A stretch of DNA of 63,724 nucleotides. Source: Nitrosopumilus sp. (lineage in GTDB: Archaea > Thermoproteota > Nitrososphaeria > Nitrososphaerales > Nitrosopumilaceae). The stretch covers positions 1 to 63,724 of the forward strand of contig JAOUAY010000001.1 of NCBI GenBank assembly GCA_029860565.1, in the 5' to 3' direction. The position numbers and the translations under genes are program-made. Shown piece by piece: positions 30,708 through 40,761 of this stretch; within the stretch, counting starts at the first letter, position 1, and the number at the start of each line of letters is the position of its first letter. The notes beneath the pieces were generated by a model. That model did not search any database. It was not told the origin of the DNA and saw only the letters and a list, made by a program, of their open reading frames with translations.

Positions 30708-30902
30708 TTAAGTCAGCAAATTTTTGTTCTTTTCCTCAGCAATTCCTTCAATTTTTCCTTTAATAAAAGCAAGATCATATGTTCTAAGTAAAACCTCTTC
30801 ACCATCTTGCATATTTGTTTGTAGATGTTTTGCCATATTTTTAAGAATTTCTTCTTTAGATGGAATTTCAGAAATGTCTGTCATTTTATTTTTCAATAAC
30901 AA
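30708..30902 (-). CDS. Small hypothetical protein
   Basis: 64-aa ORF in a co-directional run. Confidence 0.5.
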   Translation of the reverse strand: MLLKNKMTDISEIPSKEEILKNMAKHLQTNMQDGEEVLLRTYDLAFIKGKIEGIAEEKNKNLLT

Positions 30903-30965
30903 CTATGTATTATAATCTAATCTTTGAACTATTCAGAATCCGTTTTGGATTTTAGTTTAATTTCA

Positions 30966-31283
30966 TCACCTAGCAGGTCTCTTAAAGCCCTGCTTTATGT
31001 TACAGTTGGATGCAGAAGAGTTTTCAAATTTTCTGTCAAGATGTTTCATTTTTGATGTCGAAGTATCCACAACCTCTTCAATTATGAAAACTTTCTTTGC
31101 AGTTGATTTGACTTGAGTCTCAGTGAAAATGATATTTGTTGCGCGAATATTTTGAGAGATTTTGTTTGGATTTTTCTTTTTTGGTTTATGGACATCTGTA
31201 GATGTTTTTTGAGTCCATGTGATATTTCCTACATCCGATGAAGAAGATCTTTCGATGTTGTAATCCCCCAATGATTTGGCCAT
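30966..31283 (-). CDS. Hypothetical protein
   Basis: 105-aa ORF with TTAAG promoter-like box about 25 nt upstream. Confidence 0.6.
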   Translation of the reverse strand: MAKSLGDYNIERSSSSDVGNITWTQKTSTDVHKPKKKNPNKISQNIRATNIIFTETQVKSTAKKVFIIEEVVDTSTSKMKHLDRKFENSSASNCNIKQGFKRPAR

Positions 31284-31329
31284 ACATAATTCGTGTGTAT
31301 TGCAAACTTAAGCGTATTGAAAAACAGAC

Positions 31330-31974
31330 TTATTTTTGATTCAGTTTGCGTGTTTTTGCATTTCTTCTTGCCCATTCATCAATTATTTCAGTAAAATCTG
31401 AATCAAATTCATTTATTAGATCTGCAAAATTCTCCTGTGTGAAAGATACTCCATTTCCATTTTCATCAATAAAACAAAATCCATTATTTTTGAAATACCA
31501 TGCCGAATTACCCAAGATATGATGAAAATGTTTTGGAAATAATTCTTCAAATTCAGCCATCCCTAATTCTTGAGCAAGACTAAGTACTAGTTGGTGCAAT
31601 GTCGTATTTTTTGCCACTTTGATTTTTTTCTTACCGATTTTTTTAGTGGGATTAATGAATTCTTTTAGAATTAGTGTACGGGTTTCAAGATAATTCAAGC
31701 CATAAAAAATGAAATAATTAGACATCAGTCGCATAGTGGACACATCATGAATTTTGAATTTTTTTGAAACAAAAACTGTAAGTGTTGTCAATTTTTTAGG
31801 ATCTTGGAAAACATTATTGAAATCTTGAAATGTTTTAGTTTCATCTTTACGATTTTTTACAATATTTTTTATGATTTCTGGAAATGTTGAAAAGTCTTTG
31901 TAAACTATCAGATTTTTAGCATCTGCCTTGTCAAAAAAATCTTTTATGATTTTTCTTCTTCTATGAGGTGTCAT
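31330..31974 (-). CDS. Hypothetical protein
   Basis: 214-aa ORF. Confidence 0.7.
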   Translation of the reverse strand: MTPHRRRKIIKDFFDKADAKNLIVYKDFSTFPEIIKNIVKNRKDETKTFQDFNNVFQDPKKLTTLTVFVSKKFKIHDVSTMRLMSNYFIFYGLNYLETRTLILKEFINPTKKIGKKKIKVAKNTTLHQLVLSLAQELGMAEFEELFPKHFHHILGNSAWYFKNNGFCFIDENGNGVSFTQENFADLINEFDSDFTEIIDEWARRNAKTRKLNQK

Positions 31975-32024
31975 GAATCTTGTGTAAGAATAATGAACTT
32001 AAGCATATGGATGGAATTTAGAAA

Positions 32025-32261
32025 TTAATTATCATTATACACATCTCTTTCCTTAGCATTGAATATTAGATCAGAATCACCTATTTTTTTTATAAATTTA
32101 ACATACTCTTCTTTTTGTCTGATCATTTTTTTCTTATACTCACCAAACATTTTTTCTTCATCTGGTAGCTCATCTTTATGACATATTCTCTTGTGAATCA
32201 AGTAATTTGTAACTACATTCTCGTCATCCATTAGTATTATATCACAATGTTCACATTTCAT
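32025..32261 (-). CDS. Small protein with N-terminal C2H2-like finger
   Basis: CEHC...HKRICH. Confidence 0.6.
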   Translation of the reverse strand: MKCEHCDIILMDDENVVTNYLIHKRICHKDELPDEEKMFGEYKKKMIRQKEEYVKFIKKIGDSDLIFNAKERDVYNDN

Positions 32262-32433
32262 TACTTAACAAACTAAACTATCATACATGAACAATTAAAC
32301 TTTTTACAAACTTGACAGAATTACTTTCTTGACCTTTAATCCATTTAATTAAAAACAGCTTGAATTATTTCAATTCAAAAATACAACGCGTAGGCATTAT
32401 GATATAAGTGAGGCTTTTTTATATGATTGAATA

Positions 32434-32982
32434 ATGGAAGAAGAAGCAAATCCAATCAAAGATTACTTGTTTGAATATATTGAAAAATCACAGATTATTC
32501 CAAAACTGATTATTGGAAAAAAGTTTGATGAGGTAATTGAAGATATTTCAAATAATTGTTACGATCAAGTTGTTTCAATGGGAGAAAAAGATGAATCCGT
32601 TGGAGTTTTAGCTACAGGGTTACTACACTATCTACTTACTAATGCCCTGATCACAAGTCAAAGAAAAATAGATTATAATGGAATTGATATAGATATTGTA
32701 GTTCCAGACATAAAGACATTGGAGAAAGATCCAAAAAAGACATTGTTGATTTGCATACCAAAATCATCAGATATTCAAATAATCAATGAAAAAATTGCCA
32801 AAATGGAAAAAATTCAACCTGAAAAAGAAAATATCTGGTTAGTATTATCTAAAAATATTCCAGTTGGAAAAAAATCTTTTGTGTGGTCTAAAGAAAATAA
32901 TACATTTTCGAAAATAATCTTCGAAATAGCTAAATTTAGCAATGTGGGTGGATCAAATAAATTTAAAATTTTACGAGTGTAG
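32434..32982 (+). CDS. Conserved hypothetical protein
   Basis: 182-aa ORF. Confidence 0.7.
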   Translation: MEEEANPIKDYLFEYIEKSQIIPKLIIGKKFDEVIEDISNNCYDQVVSMGEKDESVGVLATGLLHYLLTNALITSQRKIDYNGIDIDIVVPDIKTLEKDPKKTLLICIPKSSDIQIINEKIAKMEKIQPEKENIWLVLSKNIPVGKKSFVWSKENNTFSKIIFEIAKFSNVGGSNKFKILRV

Positions 32983-32989
32983 GATACAT

Positions 32990-33700
32990 CTATTTCAATA
33001 ATAATTTCAAATTAAGATTTTTCTTGAAGATTTTATACAGTGAGGAATCGCTCAAATCATCAATAAATGGAATCGAGCCCAATATTGGAACTCCCAACAG
33101 ATTCTTCAAATCACGTGTCAATTCTTTTGTTTTGTATCCATCAGAATCAAAATCATTGATGATTATTCCTTTAATTGGAATTTTATATTTTTCACACATC
33201 ATTACAGTCATTATGGTGTGATTGACAGTTCCAATTTTACTTCTCGTCACTATGACTACAGGGATTTTCATTTCTTTAATCAGATTTGCAACATAGTAAT
33301 CTTTCAATATAGGAGTCATCATCCCACCCATTCCTTCAACAAGGATCATTTTGTGAAGTTTTGATAATTTTTTGAAACTTGAAAGTATTCCAGGAATTTT
33401 TGGTTTTATTTTCAAATTTTTCCACGCAGTGTAAGGTGATGCAGGTATTGGGAAGAATTGAGGGTTTACTAAATTTTCAGAGTCATTTACTTGAGCAGCA
33501 GTAGATAAAATTTCAACATCTTCAGATTTGAATCCCTTTTTCTGGGCAATTCCTGCAGCAAAAGGTTTCATTACGCCCACATCAATGCCCATTTTTCGAA
33601 TAGACACTGCCAAACCTGCTGTGATGTACGTTTTCCCAACATCAGTATCTGTTCCAGTAATGAAAATGGATTTCAACACAATAGATTCAGAACATTTCAT
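32990..33700 (-). CDS. bioD: Dethiobiotin synthase
   Basis: FITGTDTDVGKT, MKP, VEGMGG, GTVNHT. Confidence 0.95.
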   Translation of the reverse strand: MKCSESIVLKSIFITGTDTDVGKTYITAGLAVSIRKMGIDVGVMKPFAAGIAQKKGFKSEDVEILSTAAQVNDSENLVNPQFFPIPASPYTAWKNLKIKPKIPGILSSFKKLSKLHKMILVEGMGGMMTPILKDYYVANLIKEMKIPVVIVTRSKIGTVNHTIMTVMMCEKYKIPIKGIIINDFDSDGYKTKELTRDLKNLLGVPILGSIPFIDDLSDSSLYKIFKKNLNLKLLLK

Positions 33701-33730
33701 TGATTAATTCATCGGTTAGTTCAGCCACAC

Positions 33731-33871
33731 CTAAACATCTATTCCTGTAATTACCCAATCAAGTGTTCTGAGAACGCCCTGATAGTATTTCATAGCATCC
33801 ATAGATTCAGTTTCCAGCAATCTTTTTTCTATTTCTTTTCCATATTCTTCAATTTCTTTTTCAGTTTTCAT
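33731..33871 (-). CDS. 46-aa hypothetical microprotein upstream of bioD
   Basis: Manual: MKTEKEIEEYGKEIEKRLLETESMDAMKYYQGVLRTLDWVITGIDV. Confidence 0.6.
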   Translation of the reverse strand: MKTEKEIEEYGKEIEKRLLETESMDAMKYYQGVLRTLDWVITGIDV

Positions 33872-33975
33872 GAATACCGATATCATAAGATGATTAATTC
33901 ATTAATCTTTAGAGCCAGAAGAAAAGATCAAAACAAATCGGTTAATTATTAAGATCTGGAATTACACCAAAGTAG

Positions 33976-35292
33976 TTGAAAAGTTCTGTTTGGCACCCAA
34001 ACACACAGATGAAAGAGTGGGAATCTTTTGATAAAATCACCAAAGGTAAAGGAGTATGGTTAATTGACTCCAAAGGAAACAAGATGATTGATGCTGTTGC
34101 ATCAATGTGGTGTAATGTGTGGGGGCATTCAAACCCACAACTAATCACAGCCATTACAGAACAAACCAAGAAACTCCAGCATTCGTCATTGTTTAACCTT
34201 ACAAATGAGCCTGCAGAAAAACTGGCAAACACTCTTGTAAAAATATCGCCAAAAATGCACAAGGTATTCTATTCAGATAACGGCTCATCTGCAATGGAGA
34301 TTGCAATCAAAATGGCATTGCAGTATTGGAAAAATATTGGAAATAAAAAGAAAACAGAGATTGCAACATTAGAAAACGGATATCATGGAGATACATTTGG
34401 ATCCATGTCTGTAGGATACGTGCCAGAATTTTTTGGCAAATTCAAAAGACAATTATTTTCAACAATTCAATTTCCGGTTCCAAACAAATACAGAATTCCA
34501 AATGGATTTACTGTTACAGACTATCAGAATCATTGTTTAGAAAAAATTGAAAATAGGTTTTCCAAAAACAACAACATTGCAGCATTTGTAATGGAGAGTG
34601 GCGCACAGGTTGCAGGAGGTGTAATAATTTATCCAAAAGGATTTCAATTCAAAATCAGTCAACTCTGTAAAAAATATGACGTGTTGTTTGTTCTAGATGA
34701 AATTGCAACCGGTTTTGGAAGATTAGGATCAATGACACAGTATGAGGAACAAAAAAGTATTCCAGACATTGTATCATATGGCAAAATGTTAACTGGAGGA
34801 TATCTTACGATGGCTGCAACATTAGCAAATAAGAAAATCTATGATTCATTTTTAGGAGAATTTAACGATTGGACACATCTGTTTCACGGTCACACTTACA
34901 CTGGAAATCCAATTGCTGCAGCTGTTGCAAATGAAAATCTGAACATGTATAAAAAAAGTAATTTAATTAAAAAAATTCAAAAAACGTCAAAAGTTTTTGA
35001 TGAATTCTACGAGGAATTATCCAAAATGGATATCGTGGGTGATATTAGATACAAAGGAATGCTCATGGGGATTGAACTAGTGGAAAATAAAAAGGAAAAA
35101 ACTCCAATTCATCCCCGAAAATCAATTAACAAAATATTCTTTGAGGAGGGTAAAAAACAAGGAATCTACCTAAGAACACTTGGAAACATAGTCATGCTTG
35201 TACCCCCTTTAGCAATAACAGAAAAGGAACTCCGTTTACTCCTACAAAAAACAATTAAAACAATTCAATCTGCAAAACCAAAGGTAGTTTGA
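33976..35292 (+). CDS. bioA: Adenosylmethionine-8-amino-7-oxononanoate aminotransferase
   Basis: VWHP.TQM, SMWCNVWGH, YHGDT, DEIATGFGR, GKMLTGG, HGHTYTGNP. Confidence 0.95.
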   Translation: MKSSVWHPNTQMKEWESFDKITKGKGVWLIDSKGNKMIDAVASMWCNVWGHSNPQLITAITEQTKKLQHSSLFNLTNEPAEKLANTLVKISPKMHKVFYSDNGSSAMEIAIKMALQYWKNIGNKKKTEIATLENGYHGDTFGSMSVGYVPEFFGKFKRQLFSTIQFPVPNKYRIPNGFTVTDYQNHCLEKIENRFSKNNNIAAFVMESGAQVAGGVIIYPKGFQFKISQLCKKYDVLFVLDEIATGFGRLGSMTQYEEQKSIPDIVSYGKMLTGGYLTMAATLANKKIYDSFLGEFNDWTHLFHGHTYTGNPIAAAVANENLNMYKKSNLIKKIQKTSKVFDEFYEELSKMDIVGDIRYKGMLMGIELVENKKEKTPIHPRKSINKIFFEEGKKQGIYLRTLGNIVMLVPPLAITEKELRLLLQKTIKTIQSAKPKVV

Positions 35293-35296
35293 AGAC

Positions 35297-35327
35297 GGTT
35301 AACCCCCCATCACAAGAAGGGTTAACC
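35297..35327. promoter_or_regulatory. Inverted repeat GGTTAACCC-N13-GGGTTAACC upstream of the bioB TATA box (BirA-operator-like)
   Basis: Perfect 9-bp arms; GTTAACC-N15-GGTTAAC; TTTATAAA about 12 nt downstream. Confidence 0.55.
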
Positions 35328-35369
35328 AATCCATTATTTTTATAAATGGAATACTTGTAGTCTCATCAT

Positions 35370-36347
35370 ATGAGTGCTTTGGAATTCATCAAAGAGTGTC
35401 AAGAGAAAGTGTTTTCAGGGATTGGGATATCTTCTGATGATGCTAGCAAATTGTTGAATACATCAGAAGAGAGTCTAAAAGAGCTAGCAAAATGTGCAAA
35501 TGAAATTACTCGTGATTTTAACGGGAAAAAAGTTGATGTTGAGCAATTAAACAATATCAAAAAAAACGCTTGCAGTGAAGATTGTACGTTTTGCGGACAA
35601 TCAGCATTTTTTGACACAGGCATAGAGACATATCAATTACCATCACCAGAAGAAGTAGTTCTTAAAGCACAAAAAGCAAAAGAGGAAGGAGCTGAATCAT
35701 ACTGTCTTGTTGCTGCATGGAGAGAGCCTTCATCAAGAGATTTTGAAAAAGTTTGTAAAATTATTAATCAAATTAATGACAAAGTTGGGATTAGTGTAGA
35801 GTGTAGTTTGGGATTTCTTACACCAGAGCAGGCAAAAAAACTAAAAGAACTCAAAGTAAAAAGATACAATCATAATTTAGAAACTGCAAAATCAAAGTTT
35901 CCAGAAATTTGCACAACTCACACATATGAAGACAGATTGAAAACTCTAGGTATTGCAAGAGATGCAGGATTAGAATTGTGTACTGGTGGAATTATAGGAT
36001 TGGGAGAAACAAGAGACCAACGATTAGAATTGGCAATAGAATTAGGTAGATTGTATCCTGAAGAAGTGACAATTAATATTCTTGTTGCAATGCCTGGAAC
36101 TCCTCTAGAATTACAAACAGATCTTCCAAATTCTGAAATTGTAAGAATGTTTTCAGTGATCAGATTCCTATTGCCTGAATCAGTAATTAAAATTTCTGGA
36201 GGAAGAGAATCAAAGCTAGATGATTCGGGTGAAGAACTCCTGCAAAGCGGTGCAAATGGAATAATTACTGAAGGATATCTTACCATGGGAGGGAACGAGG
36301 CTAAAAAAGACATGGAATTAATTGAAAGAATTGGGCTCCAAGTATAA
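35370..36347 (+). CDS. bioB: Biotin synthase
   Basis: CSEDCTFCGQS radical-SAM motif, YNHNLET, GGIIGLGE. Confidence 0.96.
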   Translation: MSALEFIKECQEKVFSGIGISSDDASKLLNTSEESLKELAKCANEITRDFNGKKVDVEQLNNIKKNACSEDCTFCGQSAFFDTGIETYQLPSPEEVVLKAQKAKEEGAESYCLVAAWREPSSRDFEKVCKIINQINDKVGISVECSLGFLTPEQAKKLKELKVKRYNHNLETAKSKFPEICTTHTYEDRLKTLGIARDAGLELCTGGIIGLGETRDQRLELAIELGRLYPEEVTINILVAMPGTPLELQTDLPNSEIVRMFSVIRFLLPESVIKISGGRESKLDDSGEELLQSGANGIITEGYLTMGGNEAKKDMELIERIGLQV

Positions 36348-36585
36348 CAATACAAATCAAATTTTCCGTGCCCACATCCCACTTGGCAGTGAATCCATTC
36401 TATGATTTAGTTTGAACATATTTCATTTCTTTAATCCTATCAATAATTTGATTATCTGTTTCTCATTTCATCCCAAAAAAGATTCAAGCATCTAAAGAAT
36501 CAAGCATCAAAAACTATTTCTAAAATAAGACTTCTAGGTACAAATTTGATGATGATTTAATTACAGATACACCTCACAATATTCT

Positions 36586-38136
36586 ATGAGATTCATTTTT
36601 CTTCTCGTACTTTTAGTAATTTCAAGTGGTTTTGTATTTACTGATGCTTTTGCAGACATATTTGGTGAACCAGCATTAAAAGTTAAAGATCTAGTTGTTG
36701 AAAAATATGTGTCAAATTTGTGTTGTATGATAACTACTATGACTTTTGTTGAAGATGATATTTTATTTTTACAAAAAAGTGATGGAATGGTTCGTTTAAT
36801 TCGAGATGGAGTTTTACAAGATAAACCTGTGCTTGATGTGAGTGTGGATTCAGTTGGAGAAAAAGGCATGTTGGGAATTACTAGTGTTGATTCATCAGTA
36901 TATCTCTATTTTACAGAGGCAGAGAAGGATGGAGGTGAATCATTAGGAAATAGAATTTACAAATTTGAATGGGATGGAAATTCTTTGTTAAATCCAGTAT
37001 TGTTAAAAAAACTTCCTTCAAATGTTTCTCACAATGGTGGGGCAATGACTGTAGGGTTAGATGATCAAGTCTATGCAGTAATTGGCGATACATTACACTA
37101 TGGTCTTCTTCAAAACAAGCCCATAGAATGGTTGAAAGGAGATGATATTAATTTTAAAGATAACGGAGTAATTTTGCAGTTAGAAACAGAAAAACCATAT
37201 TTTGCTATGGGTATACGAAATAGTTTTGGTCTTGCAATAGATCCTGTAACTGGGAATTTGTGGGCTACTGAAAACGGTGATGATGATTTTGATGAAATCA
37301 ATTTGATTCCAGAGAAATTTAACAGTGGTTGGATAGTCATTATGGGACCTGCAACTGAATCTGAACTAGATAGTCTTCCAGGGTATGAAGATTATATTTA
37401 TGATGATCCAGAATTTACTTGGGAAGCAGTTGTAGCACCTACAGGATTAGATTTTGCAAAATTTCAAGAAACCAACGCTTATGATAATTCTCTTTTTGTA
37501 GGAGACTGCAATACTGGGAATCTTTACAAATTTGAATTAAATGAAAATAGAGATGGTTTTGAATTTACTAGTTCATTTCTTCAAGATAACATAATTAACA
37601 AGAATGAATCTATGGATGAAATTATCATAGGTACTGGATTTGGGTGTGTTACAGATATTGAACGAGGACCTGATGGTTTTCTTTATGTAGTATCATTAAG
37701 TGAAAATGCAATTTTCAGAATTCTTCCCACTGCAAGTGCGGCTAATATAACAGACTCAAAGAATGGAGGTGGCTGTCTAATTGCAACTGCAACATTTGGT
37801 TCTGAGCTATCTTCACAAGTACAACAACTGCGAGAATTACGGGATAATTCCATATTGCAGACAGAGTCTGGAATGTTATTCATGAATACATTCAATGATT
37901 TCTATTATTCATTTAGTCCAGATATTGCAGATTATGAGCGTGAAAACACAGTATTTCGAGAAATGGTCAAAGTTGCAATCACTCCAATGATTAGTTCACT
38001 TTCAATTCTAAACTATGCAGATATGGATTCAGAATATGAAGTGTTAGGGTATGGGATTAGTTTGATTTTACTAAATATTGGAATGTATGTTGGCATTCCA
38101 GCAAGCATACTTTTTGGAATTAGAAAGAGATCCTGA
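36586..38136 (+). CDS. PQQ-dependent glucose/sorbosone dehydrogenase-like beta-propeller with CFI-box-CTERM tail
   Basis: Signal peptide; E.GMLGI, HNGG, GIRNSFGL, ENG...DEIN, GPDG.LY; C-terminal GGCLIATATFGSEL...LRELRD and TM. Confidence 0.85.
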   Translation: MRFIFLLVLLVISSGFVFTDAFADIFGEPALKVKDLVVEKYVSNLCCMITTMTFVEDDILFLQKSDGMVRLIRDGVLQDKPVLDVSVDSVGEKGMLGITSVDSSVYLYFTEAEKDGGESLGNRIYKFEWDGNSLLNPVLLKKLPSNVSHNGGAMTVGLDDQVYAVIGDTLHYGLLQNKPIEWLKGDDINFKDNGVILQLETEKPYFAMGIRNSFGLAIDPVTGNLWATENGDDDFDEINLIPEKFNSGWIVIMGPATESELDSLPGYEDYIYDDPEFTWEAVVAPTGLDFAKFQETNAYDNSLFVGDCNTGNLYKFELNENRDGFEFTSSFLQDNIINKNESMDEIIIGTGFGCVTDIERGPDGFLYVVSLSENAIFRILPTASAANITDSKNGGGCLIATATFGSELSSQVQQLRELRDNSILQTESGMLFMNTFNDFYYSFSPDIADYERENTVFREMVKVAITPMISSLSILNYADMDSEYEVLGYGISLILLNIGMYVGIPASILFGIRKRS

Positions 38137-38235
38137 ATTAATTTATACTCAGACTATTTTGCTAAACTGCCTATCTTTAACACACCCCATATTTCTGAAC
38201 TTCATTTAAACCTAAAAAAATAAACAAGTTAAAAA

Positions 38236-38751
38236 TTAAGTTTTTTTAATTAAATCCTTCATTTTTTGATTTTTCTTTGCTTTTGGTTTTTCATTTGCAT
38301 ATCCAATTGGTAAAACTACTACGGGTCTAAGTTTTGTTTTAATTATTTCTGCAACTGCTTTTTCGTTAAAATGCCCAACCCACACACTTGATAGGCCTAA
38401 TGCCGTTGCTGCTAATTGGGAATAAGATGCTGCAATTGTTGCATCCTGTACTGAAAAGAGTTGTTTGCCACGATTTCCCATAAACTTAATTCTTTTGGGA
38501 TCTGTACAAAAGACAAGAACAAGACTAGAATTAACATATTCTTGATCATGTGTTGCTTTTACTAATTTTTCTTTTTTCTTTTGTTCTTCGACAACAAAGA
38601 TTTTGAAATTTTGCATTCCCATAGCCGAAGGACTCATCCATGCAGTTCTCAAAATTTTTTGTATCTTTGATTTTTCAATGGACTTTTTAGAAAATGATCT
38701 AACTGAGCGTCTTTTTTCTACAGTTTCAAAAAATGACAATTCTTTTTTCAA
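38236..38751 (-). CDS. Nitroreductase family protein
   Basis: RRSVRSF, SPSAMGMQ, ALGLSSVWVG, PIGY. Confidence 0.9.
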   Translation of the reverse strand: MKKELSFFETVEKRRSVRSFSKKSIEKSKIQKILRTAWMSPSAMGMQNFKIFVVEEQKKKEKLVKATHDQEYVNSSLVLVFCTDPKRIKFMGNRGKQLFSVQDATIAASYSQLAATALGLSSVWVGHFNEKAVAEIIKTKLRPVVVLPIGYANEKPKAKKNQKMKDLIKKT

Positions 38752-38816
38752 ATATGATTTATCAATAGTTAAACCTAAACCTGAATCTCATTATTGAAAT
38801 CATGTTTCATGCCCAT

Positions 38817-38906
38817 ATGCGTACATTTTAAATCTCAATTTGGTTACTGAATCCCCCGTGATGTGGAACCAAACATCATCCCTTTCCCAAAAATGGTCAG
38901 ATCTCT
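38817..38906 (+). repeat. Copy of degenerate intergenic repeat (motif1 cattttwatccccaatttg.....tgaatccc..gtg plus motif2 tcccaaaaa.g.tcara)
   Basis: Motif1 38822-38862 about 30/41 identical to 40991-41031 by manual alignment. Confidence 0.65.
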
Positions 38907-38969
38907 AGTGACATAGTTTAATTCCTAAATTGTTGACATCCTTAAATCTCATAAATTTTATTTTTAGAT

Positions 38970-39068
38970 ATGGATCGAAATTTGATTTTAATTATATTAG
39001 GATTAATTGGATTCGGTACTTTTGAAATATTGATGTATTCAGGTTTACTAAATTTTTTATCATTTTAG
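38970..39068 (+). CDS. 32-aa single-TM microprotein
   Basis: Manual: MDRNLILIILGLIGFGTFEILMYSGLLNFLSF; motif2 repeat begins right after the stop. Confidence 0.55.
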   Translation: MDRNLILIILGLIGFGTFEILMYSGLLNFLSF

Positions 39069-39187
39069 ATGCTCATTTTATCCCATAAACGGTTCAAAAT
39101 ATGCCATATTTTGAATGAAGTTTTACGCATAACTATCAAGTAAAATAAAAAAAATCATAATTTTATACCTAGATTTAATACATATTT

Positions 39188-40102
39188 ATGAAAAAACGAT
39201 GTTGTAATAGTTCATTGCATGATTCTTTAATTCAATCCATTCAGAATTTACAAAAAAGTAAATACGGTAAAGGCAATAAAAGCAAATTAACATCAATTCA
39301 AAGTGCATTAAAACTAGCAAATCCATTATTTGTATCGGCCGTCAATTCTGACGATACAAAACACAAAGTAATCAATTTTAGAAATATAGAACAAGCAGAA
39401 CAGATTCCAAGAATTTTAGATGAGTTTGCAAATAATTTTGAAATTCAATGTCTTGAGAAAAATGGGGCGTCTGCTAGAAACTATTCATTGTTTTCGGTTA
39501 CACTTCTTAAAATTATAAAAACTCTAAATGCAGACAAAAAACGAGGTTTGTTATCAGCACATAGCATTAACATCCTAAACAATATGTTTGTGAAACATCC
39601 TGTAGAATATAAAAAAATTGAAACCAGAGATCCGTTAAAATTTACATTTGTAATAATCGAACTTGTAATAGATGCAGAACGAAATCTTTCAAAAGATTAT
39701 GAATTTGACATAATATTATTGCGTCAGATCATGCCATTAATGCAAAGATATCACATGAAATATGATAATGCATTATTACAAATAAATGATGAATTTAACA
39801 AAATACCAAAATTTAGATTAACCGTATCTATTGGAGAAAGACACAAAGAGATCGTAAAGATCTTCTTACAGTATAGTATAGCTAAACTCCCACTTGAAGA
39901 TAAAATATCTAGGGCAAAAAATATCATAGAGAAAATAATTCTTGAAAATAATGATTCTACTGTCTTAGAATACTACAATCTATTGAAACTTTGTTTTGAT
40001 GATAAAGAACTATGTCCACATTTAGTAAAAATTGTGAAAACAAAAAATCGTGCAGGTAGAAGATTTGCAAATACCATATTAGATGAAGTCTCAAAACTCT
40101 AA
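39188..40102 (+). CDS. Hypothetical helical protein
   Basis: 304-aa ORF, no recognisable motif. Confidence 0.7.
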   Translation: MKKRCCNSSLHDSLIQSIQNLQKSKYGKGNKSKLTSIQSALKLANPLFVSAVNSDDTKHKVINFRNIEQAEQIPRILDEFANNFEIQCLEKNGASARNYSLFSVTLLKIIKTLNADKKRGLLSAHSINILNNMFVKHPVEYKKIETRDPLKFTFVIIELVIDAERNLSKDYEFDIILLRQIMPLMQRYHMKYDNALLQINDEFNKIPKFRLTVSIGERHKEIVKIFLQYSIAKLPLEDKISRAKNIIEKIILENNDSTVLEYYNLLKLCFDDKELCPHLVKIVKTKNRAGRRFANTILDEVSKL

Positions 40103-40116
40103 TTTCCTACATCTAT

Positions 40117-40207
40117 CTGCGTTCATTTCTATCTCCAAAATGATAGGTGAATCCCAGTGGATTCTAAATCGAATTGTTTTCTATTCCCAAGAAAGATTCA
40201 AACCTCT
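40117..40207 (+). repeat. Copy of degenerate intergenic repeat (motif1 plus motif2)
   Basis: ttcatttctatctccaaaatgataggtgaatcccagtgga, about 35/41 identical to 40991-41031. Confidence 0.75.
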
Positions 40208-40264
40208 TAAGTTCTGGTTCAAAATCAAAATCATTTTTAACTCTTAGTTGGTTTTGAATGTATT

Positions 40265-40375
40265 ATGGCTTTTACAAGATGTAGTAAATGCGGAGAGCTT
40301 AGATTTGATAACAAAATTAATCTTTGTGCAAATTGTGGTCATCGAATTACAAAGGTTGTTAAGTCATTTGAGTGA
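40265..40375 (+). CDS. 36-aa zinc-ribbon microprotein
   Basis: Manual: MAFTRCSKCGELRFDNKINLCANCGHRITKVVKSFE. Confidence 0.65.
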   Translation: MAFTRCSKCGELRFDNKINLCANCGHRITKVVKSFE

Positions 40376-40602
40376 AATTAGATTCCTTAAATGGACTAGA
40401 TTTTAGAAGCACGAATTATCCCCAAGATTGGTTCAGGCCTATATGGATTCAAACCTAAAAAATTAATTGAATGATTAATTTTCCAATTTGGAAACTGTGA
40501 GTATTTTCAAAGTTAATTGAAGCAATAAAAAAAAGAATGAAGTAAAATCAAAATTAGGAGTTCCAAATATAGTTATTATCGAGATTAGAAAAAAATTCTG
40601 AT

Positions 40603-40761
40603 ATGGGATTCAAAAAAGGAATTAACAAATGTGTAGAATGTGAAAAGAAAATGAAAGAGAATCCAGATGAAACAGGTATGTGTAGTAAATGCGGTGCAGC
40701 AGAAACTCGTATTGAAAAAACAGTGTACAAAGAATTAATCAATGAAGGAAGATTTCCATAA
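40603..40761 (+). CDS. 52-aa zinc-ribbon microprotein
   Basis: Manual: MGFKKGINKCVECEKKMKENPDETGMCSKCGAAETRIEKTVYKELINEGRFP. Confidence 0.65.
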   Translation: MGFKKGINKCVECEKKMKENPDETGMCSKCGAAETRIEKTVYKELINEGRFP

